From Candidatus Melainabacteria bacterium (GTDB lineage: Bacteria; Cyanobacteriota; Vampirovibrionia; 2-02-FULL-35-15), in NCBI GenBank assembly GCA_023250195.1, contig JAHFBF010000004.1, positions 5,675-69,674 on the forward strand: a DNA stretch of 64,000 nucleotides, written 5' to 3'. Under the pieces are notes generated by a model that saw only the letters and a list, made by a program, of their open reading frames with translations, was not told where the DNA came from and did not search any database. The translations under genes were made by a program, and so were the position numbers. Shown here piece after piece: positions 48,920 to 59,153 of the stretch (position 1 is the first letter of the stretch; the number at the start of each line of letters is the position of its first letter).

Positions 48920-50404
48920 TCAGATATATTCCTTAATTGCCTGTGGAAGATAACTAATCAAATCCTGTGGCAGCAGAGAAAATACGGTTTTATCTCTAGT
49001 AACCATTTCAGCTGTTTTACCATGAATATACACTCCAACACAGGCAGCTAAAGATGGTTTTAATCCTTGAGCAATAAGTCCACCAATAAAACCTGCTAAA
49101 ACATCCCCTGTTCCACCCTTTGCAAGTGCTGAATTACTAAAAGGCGATACATAAATATTTCCTTCTTTAGTTCCAATAATTGTAGCTGGCCCTTTTAAAA
49201 CAATTGTACAGCTTAGTTCTTTTGCACTGGATCTTACAAGTTCAATTTTATTATTTAAGACCTCATCAATATTAATTCCTAAAAGTTTCGCAAACTCTTT
49301 TGGGTGAGGAGTTAAAACAATTTCATTCTTTACTTTTTTTATAATTTCTTTTTGTCCTGCTAAAACATTGATTCCATCTGCATCCAGAACAATTGGAATT
49401 GATGCTTGTAAAATTAAAGCTTCAACAGTTTCTTTGATCTCGGGTTCAGTTGTTAATCCCGGTCCAATAACAAGTACACTTGATTTTAAACTTTCTTCTA
49501 AAATCGTTTTTAAATCAAACTCTACATTAATTACTTCAGGTGTTACTGCTGCAATCCTGATAAACACTTCTAACGAGCTGGCTAACATAGTTAGACCGGA
49601 TCCTATGGAAGAAGCTGCCTTGCTGGCTAACAATGCAGCACCAGGATATTTTTTGCTGCCACATACTAAGAGGGTCCTGCCAAAACTGCCTTTATTGCTT
49701 TCATCATCTCTATTTGGAAGATTTTCTTTTAAAAAATCATCGTCTAATAAAAATAGATTTGTTTCAATATCAGGAAGCCCTATATCAATTGTCCTGATTT
49801 TTCCACTGTATCTTTTACCGGGATAAACAAGTAACCCAATTTTTTGATAGCCAAATGTTACCGTCACTTTTGCTTTGACTGTAACGTCACATACATTTCC
49901 ACTATCCGGGTTTATACCTGTAGGAATATCACATGCTATAACAACTTTGTGTGAGGTGTTTATTGATTTAATAATCCACTCAAATAATGGAGAAAGTTTA
50001 CCATTTGTTCCAGTTCCTAGAAGACAGTCAATGACTGTATTTGATTCAGACAGCATTTTTGACAAATTGTTATCTTTTTCTTCTTGGATTGTAAAACATT
50101 GAACTTTATTTTTTATAAGTTCTAAATTTGCTTTTGCATCATCAGATAGTACAGATTCATCAGATGTTAAAATCAAAGAGACTTTTTCCCCGCTTGCATG
50201 CAAATATCTTGCGGCAACTATCCCATCTCCACCATTATTTCCTTTTCCACAAACAATTAAATAAGGTTCTTTATATTCTTTTGCTACATCTGCTAAGGAA
50301 GAACCCGCTTTCTCCATAAGGGTTAAAGACCATTGCGGACTTATTTTTTTGATCCACTCTGATTCAAGCGTACGTATTTGTTCAGAAGTTACCAGTTTTT
50401 GCAT
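48920..50404 (-). CDS. nnr: bifunctional NAD(P)H-hydrate repair enzyme (YjeF-N epimerase plus ADP-dependent dehydratase)
   Basis: GKGNNGGDG in the N-domain and a carbohydrate-kinase-like C-domain. Confidence 0.85.
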   Translation of the reverse strand: MQKLVTSEQIRTLESEWIKKISPQWSLTLMEKAGSSLADVAKEYKEPYLIVCGKGNNGGDGIVAARYLHASGEKVSLILTSDESVLSDDAKANLELIKNKVQCFTIQEEKDNNLSKMLSESNTVIDCLLGTGTNGKLSPLFEWIIKSINTSHKVVIACDIPTGINPDSGNVCDVTVKAKVTVTFGYQKIGLLVYPGKRYSGKIRTIDIGLPDIETNLFLLDDDFLKENLPNRDDESNKGSFGRTLLVCGSKKYPGAALLASKAASSIGSGLTMLASSLEVFIRIAAVTPEVINVEFDLKTILEESLKSSVLVIGPGLTTEPEIKETVEALILQASIPIVLDADGINVLAGQKEIIKKVKNEIVLTPHPKEFAKLLGINIDEVLNNKIELVRSSAKELSCTIVLKGPATIIGTKEGNIYVSPFSNSALAKGGTGDVLAGFIGGLIAQGLKPSLAACVGVYIHGKTAEMVTRDKTVFSLLPQDLISYLPQAIKEYI

Positions 50405-50420
50405 TACAGAACTTTCACTC

Positions 50421-50900
50421 TTATTTAGCCATTGTACTTACAGAATAATCAATTTGTGGAATATCTTTGAAAATCACCCTGTCACCAACTTTAATCATAT
50501 ATTTATCACTAAATCCACCATTTACTTCAACAACTTCACTTACTAAAGCATCTGAAGGGTAAAGAGTAGTAGTCTGATTTGGTACTGTATTTTTTGCAAT
50601 TTTGACAATCTTTCCTTTATTTATAAAAATCATATCAAGAGAGATTAAAGTCTCTTTCATCCAGAAAGTTACCTGTTTTGCTGGTCTAAAAACAAAAACC
50701 ATTCCTCGATTTTCAGCAAGATTTGGCCTATTCATTAAACCTTTTTCTTTTTCCTGTTCAGTTGCTGCAACTTCAAGAAAAACTTTTACATTTGGTTTTC
50801 TAATAAATTTTACAAAACCTTCCTGTGCTTCTGCAGAAATCAGCGATTGCAAAAGTAAGCCTGAAATTAAAGTTGAAATTATTATTAACCGTTTAATCAT
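50421..50900 (-). CDS. DUF192-family protein
   Basis: Signal peptide and MVFVFRPAKQVTFWMKETLISLDMIFI. Confidence 0.6.
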   Translation of the reverse strand: MIKRLIIISTLISGLLLQSLISAEAQEGFVKFIRKPNVKVFLEVAATEQEKEKGLMNRPNLAENRGMVFVFRPAKQVTFWMKETLISLDMIFINKGKIVKIAKNTVPNQTTTLYPSDALVSEVVEVNGGFSDKYMIKVGDRVIFKDIPQIDYSVSTMAK

Positions 50901-50978
50901 TCTTGTTTTTACCTACCGCCCTCCTCGCTCATTCTTATTAATTTATACCCTATCCTACTTTTTCCGTCTCTTCCTCTA

Positions 50979-52514
50979 TTACCATCCATACTTCGTATAA
51001 AAAGTTATCTTATTATTTGGATTCACCCAGTCAATTAATACTCCTTCATTATCCGGTAATGATCGGCTTTTAATTCCACCATTTGGTTCAATAAAAGCAG
51101 AAATTCCATTATTAGCAGCTATAATGACCGGTTTTCTGTTTTCAATTGCTCTGAATACTGCAAACGCAAGAAATTGCTGCTTTACACGAACATTAGAAAA
51201 CCAGCTTAAATCAGAAAGATTAGTTAATAATTCTGCACCCTCTATCACATGTTTTCTAACTATTGAAGGGAAAATCAATTCAAAGCAGATTGTTGTACCA
51301 ACCTTTCCAAATGAAGCATCGAACGGGATATTTTCTTCCCCTTCACCAAAACCTTCTCCTATAGAAAATGATGCCAGCTTTTTTAAAGCTTCAGGCAGAA
51401 GAAATGATAAAGGTACAAATTCTCCAAATGGTACAAGTCTTTCTTTTTCATAATATGAAAAGTTTTTTCCGGTTGAATTTGAGTAAACTGCACAATTTGT
51501 AAACTTTTCCTGATTTTTACAATAGCTTCCAAAAATCAGATCTGACTGCTTCTTTAATGCCAGGTTTTTGAACCACGCCTGGGTAATAGGATCATGGGTA
51601 AAGTTAGTCGGCAAAGCACCTTCTGGTGCAATAAATAAAGCCACTTCATTATTTTCAATTAATCCCCTGTAAGTTTTTTTTGCCAAATTTATATCGAGTT
51701 TTTCTCCACGCGTAATTTTTATAGGAAGATTTCCCTGTAAGACGCAAACTGTCTTAGAGCTTTCAGAAAATGATTCCTGATTTTTCCAGAACAGATATAG
51801 ACTAAAGGCAATACTCAAAAAAATCAAGCTGGATATAAAAGAAAAACAGACAACAATAGAAGTAAGTTTTCCCGGATCTCTTGGTATATATCGATTCCCG
51901 ATCTTTTCAATATTAAATAACCAGATAAAAAAGTCTGCAAAGGCTATATTGAAAAATACAATTAAAAAGCTTATTGAAACACTTCCAAAATATTCTGCAA
52001 TTTGAATTAAATAAAGATTCTTATACTGGCTGTACTCAATTAATGTCCATGGAACCCCAAGCAGACACTTACATGCTAAAAGCTTATTAAATACAAGGAG
52101 CCAGAGGAAAGTATTTATCAAAATGTAAAATATCCCACTTCTGTAAGGAGTGAGAGAAAATTTCTTTATAAGAAAGACGCTGGTGGCAAATAAAATAAAG
52201 AAAAATGAATTATAAAGACTGACTACAATAACAGCAAGAAAAGAAATCAGATAACTTTGAGAATCACTAAAACCTATCCAATTTAAAGGATGCATTGAAA
52301 ACAACCAGTGCAAATAGGACAGATTATACGCAAATCCAAAGAGAAAAGAATATATAACCACACCTTTTATTGTCTTTGAAGTGTTTATAATTATAAAAAG
52401 CGGGACAAGTCCAATCCAGGCAAGAAACCAGAGATCATACCCTGGTCCACTAAGCGATAAAATAAACCCACTGAGAAAAATTAAAAATGCTTTTGTAGAA
52501 GGACGATTAAACAT
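50979..52514 (-). CDS. lnt: apolipoprotein N-acyltransferase
   Basis: Polytopic N-terminal domain plus a C-terminal CN-hydrolase domain (CFELIFP). Confidence 0.8.
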   Translation of the reverse strand: MFNRPSTKAFLIFLSGFILSLSGPGYDLWFLAWIGLVPLFIIINTSKTIKGVVIYSFLFGFAYNLSYLHWLFSMHPLNWIGFSDSQSYLISFLAVIVVSLYNSFFFILFATSVFLIKKFSLTPYRSGIFYILINTFLWLLVFNKLLACKCLLGVPWTLIEYSQYKNLYLIQIAEYFGSVSISFLIVFFNIAFADFFIWLFNIEKIGNRYIPRDPGKLTSIVVCFSFISSLIFLSIAFSLYLFWKNQESFSESSKTVCVLQGNLPIKITRGEKLDINLAKKTYRGLIENNEVALFIAPEGALPTNFTHDPITQAWFKNLALKKQSDLIFGSYCKNQEKFTNCAVYSNSTGKNFSYYEKERLVPFGEFVPLSFLLPEALKKLASFSIGEGFGEGEENIPFDASFGKVGTTICFELIFPSIVRKHVIEGAELLTNLSDLSWFSNVRVKQQFLAFAVFRAIENRKPVIIAANNGISAFIEPNGGIKSRSLPDNEGVLIDWVNPNNKITFYTKYGW

Positions 52515-52587
52515 AAGTATAAGTTAACATGATTAATATTCAACCATCGTAATAATTTATCAATAATAAATTAACAAGAAAAGATTT

Positions 52588-52712
52588 TGCCGATTCATTT
52601 GGCAAAATCTGTATAATGTTATAAAAGTAGTCCGTGAGTACTTTGCAAAGCCCGATCCGCTTCGCCCGCGAAGCGAGGCGAGCAAGCGAAGAATGAGCGA
52701 GGAGGGCGGTGA
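52588..52712. repeat. family-A-related GC-rich repeat; its last 21 bp form an inverted repeat with 50917-50937 flanking lnt
   Basis: ttgccgattcatttggcaaaatc...cgcttcgcccgcgaagcg...aagaatgagcgaggagggcgg. The reverse complement ccgccctcctcgctcattctt lies at 50917-50937. Confidence 0.55.
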
Positions 52713-52725
52713 ATAACAATTTAAC

Positions 52726-53265
52726 ATGCATAATAATAAATTAGACAAAAAACAAAATAATTTGCATAGTATTAAAAAAGATAACATTATACTGGGTATT
52801 GATCCGGGAAGTACAGTAATTGGCTATGGAGTAATAAGCTATGAAGATAAAATGCGAAAGCCAAAAGCCCTTGATTACGGATATATAGACCTAAAAAACT
52901 ATCGCAGGCAGGAAGAAAAACTTTTACACTTACATCAAGATTTAAAACAAATATTTAAAAAACATAATCCGAGATATATGGCAATTGAAACTCTTTATTT
53001 CTTTAAAAATGCTAAAACTTTTACAGCAGTTTCAGAAGCAAAAGGAGTTATTCTTCTGGCTGCAGCAGAAGCTGGAATTGATATTCATGAATACACCCCT
53101 TTGCAGGTAAAGCAGACTATTTCAGGATATGGCAAAGCAGATAAAAGATTTATTGAAAAATTAATACAAAGTGCACTGGACATATGTTCTAAGATAAAGC
53201 CTGATGATTCTTCAGATGCACTGGCCATAGCACTTTGTCATTATCATCATCAGTTAAATGTCTGA
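52726..53265 (+). CDS. ruvC: crossover junction endodeoxyribonuclease RuvC
   Basis: ILGIDPGSTVIGYGVI and the catalytic acidic residues. The listed start adds about 18 aa, so the true start is uncertain. Confidence 0.8.
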   Translation: MHNNKLDKKQNNLHSIKKDNIILGIDPGSTVIGYGVISYEDKMRKPKALDYGYIDLKNYRRQEEKLLHLHQDLKQIFKKHNPRYMAIETLYFFKNAKTFTAVSEAKGVILLAAAEAGIDIHEYTPLQVKQTISGYGKADKRFIEKLIQSALDICSKIKPDDSSDALAIALCHYHHQLNV

Positions 53266-53571
53266 AAACTCTTACAATTCAGAAATAAAAATTAACAGGA
53301 AATTTTATAGTAAATAGAACCATTAAATCGTTTAATTTAGGGATAACCAGACCTTTGTTCTATATTATCCGTATGAAATAATAATAGTTTTATATTAAAT
53401 CTTAACCTAACCATGATTTTCTTAATATAGGGATAGTGTAGGTCTGGCAATCTAGACAAATAAGATGGATATAAAATTTAATCAGAATATTAGAGGGATG
53501 AGGTGATAAAAAGCGCTGTTTAAACGGGTTTAATAATAATAGGATGTCATAGACATATAAAGGGGATTCGC

Positions 53572-54492
53572 GTGAAAGAAGAAATTAATCAGCACAAATC
53601 AAAAAAAAGTTATGAGCTGGATCCATCTTTAAAGGATTTAGCTTTTACCTTACACAACAATTCAACTTCTCTTGAAAAAAAAGAAGAGTCAGCTGATCCT
53701 GATGAGGGATCAATATTTGAGAAATTATATTTAACAAGCGATGAAATCTCATTGTTTGCAAAAGAGGTTACTAACCTGCCAAAATTAAAATCAGATCACA
53801 AAGATTCTTTAAAAAAGATTGCTAAAACCTTTTCTAAAGCATTTTCAAGCCCAATATATTACGAAGAAGCAAATAGTCAGATACAGGAACTATTGATAGA
53901 AACATTTTTTCAGACGGCAAGAGCGCTGGCTGTAGCTGTCGAAACAAGAGATCCATATACAGGGGGACACTCAGAGAGGGTGTTTCAAATGGCAACAATA
54001 CTTGGTAAAAGATGTAACATAAGCACAACTGAACAGATGCATCTGGAAGCAGGCTCTCTATTGCACGATATTGGAAAGATTGGAATTAGAGATGGTGTGC
54101 TTATGAAACCTGGCCCTCTAACTGATTCTGAATATAAAGAAATGCAGCTTCATCCGATAATCGGGGCACATATGGTAGAAAAATTAAACTGTCTACATGG
54201 CTGCATCGATGCTGTATTGTTCCACCATGAACGAATGGACGGATATGGTTATCCTTATGGAATTAAAGGAGATGAAATTCCAATTATTGCAAGAATTACT
54301 TCAATTGCAGATGCCTATGATGCAATGACTACAAATCGAGTATACAGAAAAGCACTGAGTCATGAAAATGCTATAGAAGAAATTATACGCAATAGTGGCA
54401 CACAATTTGATCCTGAAATAGTTAAAGTTTTTGTCAAATGGTGGGAAAAAACTTTTCATAAAGCCGCAGGGACAAAACAACAAGTAGTTTAG
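53572..54492 (+). CDS. HD-GYP domain phosphohydrolase (probable c-di-GMP phosphodiesterase)
   Basis: TGGHSERV, LHDIGKIGI and HHERMDGYGYP motifs. Confidence 0.8.
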   Translation: MKEEINQHKSKKSYELDPSLKDLAFTLHNNSTSLEKKEESADPDEGSIFEKLYLTSDEISLFAKEVTNLPKLKSDHKDSLKKIAKTFSKAFSSPIYYEEANSQIQELLIETFFQTARALAVAVETRDPYTGGHSERVFQMATILGKRCNISTTEQMHLEAGSLLHDIGKIGIRDGVLMKPGPLTDSEYKEMQLHPIIGAHMVEKLNCLHGCIDAVLFHHERMDGYGYPYGIKGDEIPIIARITSIADAYDAMTTNRVYRKALSHENAIEEIIRNSGTQFDPEIVKVFVKWWEKTFHKAAGTKQQVV

Positions 54493-54511
54493 AGTTTAAT
54501 ATAACTACTCA

Positions 54512-54800
54512 CGTCATTGGAGCTCATCTGAAAACTCTTATAGGGTAAATTTGCATTTTTGTCACATAAATATTGATTGAAAAATAAAATGTCATTCCGG
54601 GCTTGACCCGGAATCCAGACGGTTACACAATAGCGTACTTATCTGGATTCCCATTTTCATGGGAATGACAATTGACCTTATGTTGAAAAAATCAGTTAAG
54701 CTCATAGTAGGACTTTTGAGGTGAGCTCTTGCGAGGAGTCCGACTTTGACGGACGACGAAGCAATCTCACAAACGTTAGGAGATTGCCACGCAATGACGT
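54512..54800. repeat. compound MITE array (E unit, D unit, inverted C unit)
   Basis: cgtcattggagctcatctgaaaactc...; gtcattccgggcttgacccggaatccag...ctggattcccattttcatgggaatgac; ctcttgcgag...gcaatgacg. Confidence 0.65.
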
Positions 54801-54832
54801 GGAAAGATGAAATTACTCCTTAGCAATTACAA

Positions 54833-55228
54833 TTAATACTCATCCAATCCAAGTTGTTGTGCAATAACCACTAGATAAAATCTATCTATACTTTCATTTA
54901 AGTCTTCTTCCAGGGATTTCATTAATCTGTAAATTAAAAGTTTAACTGCGGACTCTTTTACATATAAACAATGAGCTATTTTGATATTAGAAAACCCTTT
55001 TGCTACAAGTTTCAAGACATTGATTTGTTTTTGTGTAAGTCCTATTTTAACTTCATTATAATTAAATAAAATCCTTTGCCCTGTAGCAAGCTTTCTTTCA
55101 TTTAAGTAATTGTCATAGTCAAGTTTAAATTCTAATGGTGAGCTTAACTGTACTCCGTTTAACGAATGTTCTACCGATGAATGTTCCATCTCTCCCCCCT
55201 GCAAAACAGATTCCATTATCTTTTGCAA
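54833..55228 (-). CDS. LuxR-family HTH transcription regulator (no receiver domain)
   Basis: C-terminal HTH LTQKQINVLKLVAKGFSNIKIAHCLYVKESAVKLLIYRLMKSL. Confidence 0.6.
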   Translation of the reverse strand: MQKIMESVLQGGEMEHSSVEHSLNGVQLSSPLEFKLDYDNYLNERKLATGQRILFNYNEVKIGLTQKQINVLKLVAKGFSNIKIAHCLYVKESAVKLLIYRLMKSLEEDLNESIDRFYLVVIAQQLGLDEY

Positions 55229-55430
55229 TCTAAGAAAAAATAAGCAGGCAAAAGATGTATGAGGTTACAAGTTAAATTCAAAAGAAAAAATTAAAATCGA
55301 ATAAATTTCTATTGCCAACAGCAAATTGTTTTGTAAATCATAAAACTGAGAAATGAATCATCTTTTTTTAGCTTAAAGAGTCCACAGAGAAAATATTATC
55401 TCTTGACAGTTCTTTATAAAGATTTAAGGT

Positions 55431-56171
55431 TTAAAGAACTGTTTTTCCAAAGCCCAATTTTGAAGCCAATAACAATAAAACCCTTGGTCTGATCGGATGC
55501 ATACTAAATGCTTCTGCAAACTTTACTTTAACTTCGTTTACATATGACTGAACTGTTTTAATTTCAATATTTAACAGAGCTGCTATCTGATCATTTTCTT
55601 TTCCATCAGCTATATAATGCAGGATTTCTCTTTGGCGGGGAGAAAATTGAATTTGTGGAAGTTTTTCAGCAGTAAAAATTAATATTTCCTGATCATCATA
55701 AACTCTGTGAATAAATTCAGGTAACCTGCCAATAGAAATCGCCTTTTCAATATAGGCTTGCGCACCTACATCCAGACATCTATGTATTCTTGCCCAGCCA
55801 GTTTCACTTGAGAATACTATTACTTTGCAGTTTGCTATTTTTTTTAATTTACTTATGTAATTTCTTAATTCATATTTTTCATAACCGGGCATCCTAAGAT
55901 CCATAAGAACTACATTAGGCTGGACAACCGCTGCTTTTTCAAGTAATTCATCATATGACATTGCTGCACCAACAATTTTTATTTTTGGATCTTTGTTTAA
56001 GTCTGATTCTACTCCTTGAATTAAATAAGGATGATCATCAGCAATTAAAGTAAGTATGATCCCTCTTTTGGTATTGTTTTGGGCAGGATCATTGAATTTA
56101 ATTTCTCCTTGTCCAAAACTGCTTTTAGAAAAGGTATACAAATAACCCTGGCTTTGTGTAACAGAATTCAT
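55431..56171 (-). CDS. two-component response regulator, NarL/FixJ family (REC plus LuxR HTH)
   Basis: Receiver ILTLIADDHPYLIQG...VVLMDLRMPG and HTH SPRQREILHYIADGKENDQIAALLNIEIKTVQSYV. Confidence 0.75.
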   Translation of the reverse strand: MNSVTQSQGYLYTFSKSSFGQGEIKFNDPAQNNTKRGIILTLIADDHPYLIQGVESDLNKDPKIKIVGAAMSYDELLEKAAVVQPNVVLMDLRMPGYEKYELRNYISKLKKIANCKVIVFSSETGWARIHRCLDVGAQAYIEKAISIGRLPEFIHRVYDDQEILIFTAEKLPQIQFSPRQREILHYIADGKENDQIAALLNIEIKTVQSYVNEVKVKFAEAFSMHPIRPRVLLLLASKLGFGKTVL

Positions 56172-56227
56172 GTTTTTCTCTCCTCTGTAAAGTACACCTG
56201 ATCTACTTTGTATAGCTCAAACTGGCG

Positions 56228-56275
56228 AAAAACTCTGTGAGCTTGCTCCAGAGATAGTTGATTTGAAGGGAGGTG
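56228..56275. repeat. second copy of the 27986-28040 repeat
   Basis: aaaaactctgtgagcttgctccagagatagttgatttgaagggagg. Confidence 0.55.
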
Positions 56276-56478
56276 TTTTATTTTCACCATTTTATAATGA
56301 CTTCAGAAAAACAATTATTAAATTTTGAAAGAGGTAATACTTTCCCTTATCTAAAGTTAAAAGCCTTTAATTAAAATACTTAGATATTATCTACAAAATA
56401 GGGATTTCAGGTCATTTAATATAAAAAATATTTAATATTCATGAAGTCAGACTAAGATAAAATCCTACCCAGAAACAC

Positions 56479-56516
56479 GTCATTGCGAGACCTTTAAAGA
56501 AGGTCGTGGGAATGAC
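56479..56516. repeat. minimal single-hairpin MITE unit GTCATTGCGAGACC-N9-GGTCGTGGGAATGAC
   Basis: Seen in the sequence. Confidence 0.55.
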
Positions 56517-56587
56517 ATAGAGAGTTTAAATGTATTAGAATTACTACCAAGATTTTAAAATTAGATTAAAAACAAGAAGAGGTTCGC

Positions 56588-57841
56588 TTGGAAGATACAA
56601 TTACGAAAGGCCAGATTCAATCCTTAATTAATGGATTGTTTCTGCAGCCAACTCTTAAAGAAGATTCAAATATCATCTCATTGACCAGTAATGAGCTTGC
56701 CGATATATCTTTAAAAATCAGCAAGTATATAAGAACTGAACAGCAGATAGATAAATTATTGGGAAATGCAGTCAGCCTTTTAGGAAGTGCCGGCATTGCA
56801 GAAAGAGTTTTATTATTCCAGCTAAATAGCGATAATTCTAAAGCTTTGTTAACACAGTACTGGGAAAGTCCATATGTTTCCAAATTTAATCCGATTGATT
56901 TTGAATTAGATTTGCCTGACCTGCCTCTATTAAAAATATTCAATACAAACTCAAGGAATTCATTCCAGATAGAAGATGTCTCAGAATATCTTGGACTGCC
57001 AAACTACATTTTAAGAAACAAGCTTAAGGCACTATTTCTCAAACTTAAAAGCAAATCTCTATTAGTTACAACAGGAAGTTCAGACAATATTAAAATTATA
57101 CTTAATCTTCAGTTCTGTACAAGAAACATAATATGGAGCAATGAAATAGAAAAAGTTATACAATCTGTAATTAACCAGTTGGCAATTGCAATTCAAAGCC
57201 ATTCAGACAAAAAGAAAAAAGAAAATCTTCAAAGGAATATAACTGAACTTCAGGAAAGTGCGATAAAAGAACAGGAAGAGATGCTTTGCCGCTTTGCAAG
57301 CGACTTACATGATCTCCCCTGCAGCATAATTCCAAGTTTAAAGCTTGCAATTAAAAATAAAGATCTGGAAGAATGTGGAAGGCTTGTAGATGAAGTTCAC
57401 AGCAGTTTAAGACAACTTATTAATGAATATATAGTTCCTGATATAAACCTCCTTGGTTTTGTAAACACTATTTATCAGTTTATTAACGGATTTAAAAAAA
57501 CATTTAAGGGTAAAGTTATTCTTGAACTGCCTGATGAGGAAATAAACATTCCTCATAAAAAAGCTACTGAATTTTTTAAAGTAATAAGAGAATGGTTTTG
57601 TAACATAGAAAAACATTCTAATGCTGATCTTGTGGAATTCAAGCTGAAGAAACCCAATGATTATTGTTTTTTAATTACAATTTCCGACAACGGAAAAGGA
57701 TTTGACACAAACGATCCCAGAAACCTGGGTTATGGAATATTGAATATAAAAAAAAGGCTTTCAGAAACAAATTCAAAATTTGAAATTAAAAGTGAAGTAA
57801 ATAATGGGGCAACTTTAAAGATACAGACCACTATGGATTAG
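56588..57841 (+). CDS. sensor histidine kinase (HisKA_3/NarX-like, with a GAF-like N-domain)
   Basis: H-box FASDLHDLPCSII and HATPase_c ITISDNGKGF...GYGILNIKKRL. TTG start. Confidence 0.75.
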   Translation: MEDTITKGQIQSLINGLFLQPTLKEDSNIISLTSNELADISLKISKYIRTEQQIDKLLGNAVSLLGSAGIAERVLLFQLNSDNSKALLTQYWESPYVSKFNPIDFELDLPDLPLLKIFNTNSRNSFQIEDVSEYLGLPNYILRNKLKALFLKLKSKSLLVTTGSSDNIKIILNLQFCTRNIIWSNEIEKVIQSVINQLAIAIQSHSDKKKKENLQRNITELQESAIKEQEEMLCRFASDLHDLPCSIIPSLKLAIKNKDLEECGRLVDEVHSSLRQLINEYIVPDINLLGFVNTIYQFINGFKKTFKGKVILELPDEEINIPHKKATEFFKVIREWFCNIEKHSNADLVEFKLKKPNDYCFLITISDNGKGFDTNDPRNLGYGILNIKKRLSETNSKFEIKSEVNNGATLKIQTTMD

Positions 57842-57855
57842 AATTAATAAGACAT

Positions 57856-57930
57856 GTCATTCCCTGGCTCGACCAGGGAATCCAGGCAAGACGGCTACTG
57901 ATACTGGATTCCCGCGAAAGCGGGAATGAC
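57856..57930. repeat. family-D MITE-like repeat
   Basis: gtcattccctggctcgaccagggaatccag...ctggattcccgcgaaagcgggaatgac. Confidence 0.7.
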
Positions 57931-57982
57931 ACATTCTATTTAAAAATCATTTTCAAGATAATTATGTTAGAATACTTACGTT

Positions 57983-58210
57983 ATGGCATATTTTATCGTA
58001 GGAATCCAAGTATTCAGCGGAATAGCATTAATTACTCTTATACTTCTCCACGCAGCTAAAGGAGAAGGACTTGGTGGAATTGGCAGCTCTGCAAATCTAT
58101 TTACAGGAGCTTCTCAAGCTGAAGCTGGTTTAGACAAAGTTACATGGATAGCAGCAACAGTATTTATGTTTTCATCTGCACTGGTTGGCTGGGGAATTAT
58201 CAAGTTTTAG
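57983..58210 (+). CDS. secG: preprotein translocase subunit SecG
   Basis: Two TM helices and the GEGLGGIGSSANLFTGAS motif. Confidence 0.75.
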   Translation: MAYFIVGIQVFSGIALITLILLHAAKGEGLGGIGSSANLFTGASQAEAGLDKVTWIAATVFMFSSALVGWGIIKF

Positions 58211-59083
58211 GTTACTGAGATTTTTAATGAGTTCACTGCTTTCAGACAATTCTGGGTTAACAGTAATAAGAAGACTATCATTGGTGATACCATGCTTAGA
58301 AATATTCTTAAGTAATATCTCTAAGGATTCTAATTCTTGTAAATTTGCACCTCCTTCTGTTTGAGCACTTTTGCATATCTGTACTATTTTCAGGAGCTGC
58401 TGTCCTATCATTTTTTGCGTATCTTTTGATTCGAATTTTAAGAACTCAATAGCCTGTTTTACCAGATCTACTATTACAGCAATTATTTGGACTTTTTCTT
58501 CTTTTTCCAAATCTCCCGATTGTAAGTCACTTACAAATTTATTTAACAGCATCATACATCCTGAAAGTGAGCTGGCTGTAGGATGTATGAATTGGATTTT
58601 TTCTTCTTTTTTATCGAAGCACTCAATAAAACCTTTTATTAGTGAATAATTCAGAGTTGTACAAAAATCAAGCTCTACAAGTCCTTCTCTTATCATTGCA
58701 TCTATCTCTGTACAAATTTCTTTTAATTCCTTTATAAGACGTGCTAATTCTCTTTTTGAAAGAGAAAAAATACGCCCGGATAAATATAACTCTTTAATTT
58801 CATTAGCAAGTTTATTAATTAATTTCCGTACACTTGCATTTCTTATAGCCGAATCTTTTTCATCCCTCAAACCTTTTAAAAAATCTACAGCGCCAGATAA
58901 GCTAAAAAGTGAAACTCTTGAAAGAGTAAAATTAGATTCATCTTGATTTCTTCTAGGAGTAAAGCTATCAAATCTATCTGTATTCTCAGAAGAAGGTGAT
59001 ATTTGAGTATCATTTTGTCTCTGAGACAAATCAGACGCTCTATCAAAAGAATTGTTGGAAACTTCTATATTGTTAACACCCAT
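58172..59083 (-). CDS. hypothetical protein (coiled-coil-rich)
   Basis: 303-aa ORF with no recognised domain. Confidence 0.4.
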   Translation of the reverse strand: MGVNNIEVSNNSFDRASDLSQRQNDTQISPSSENTDRFDSFTPRRNQDESNFTLSRVSLFSLSGAVDFLKGLRDEKDSAIRNASVRKLINKLANEIKELYLSGRIFSLSKRELARLIKELKEICTEIDAMIREGLVELDFCTTLNYSLIKGFIECFDKKEEKIQFIHPTASSLSGCMMLLNKFVSDLQSGDLEKEEKVQIIAVIVDLVKQAIEFLKFESKDTQKMIGQQLLKIVQICKSAQTEGGANLQELESLEILLKNISKHGITNDSLLITVNPELSESSELIKNLSNLKLDNSPANQCR

Positions 59084-59153
59084 AATCCCACCTATTACTA
59101 ATACATATAAAGAAATTAAAGAATTAACTTTGACAAGGAATTATAATATTCAT

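Noticed and set aside
19318-57930. Possibility that the GTCATTCC/GGAATGAC repeats are a CRISPR array
   Set aside because: The copies are dispersed singly in intergenic gaps and are internally palindromic. No regularly spaced identical repeats with unique spacers occur, and no cas genes are present.
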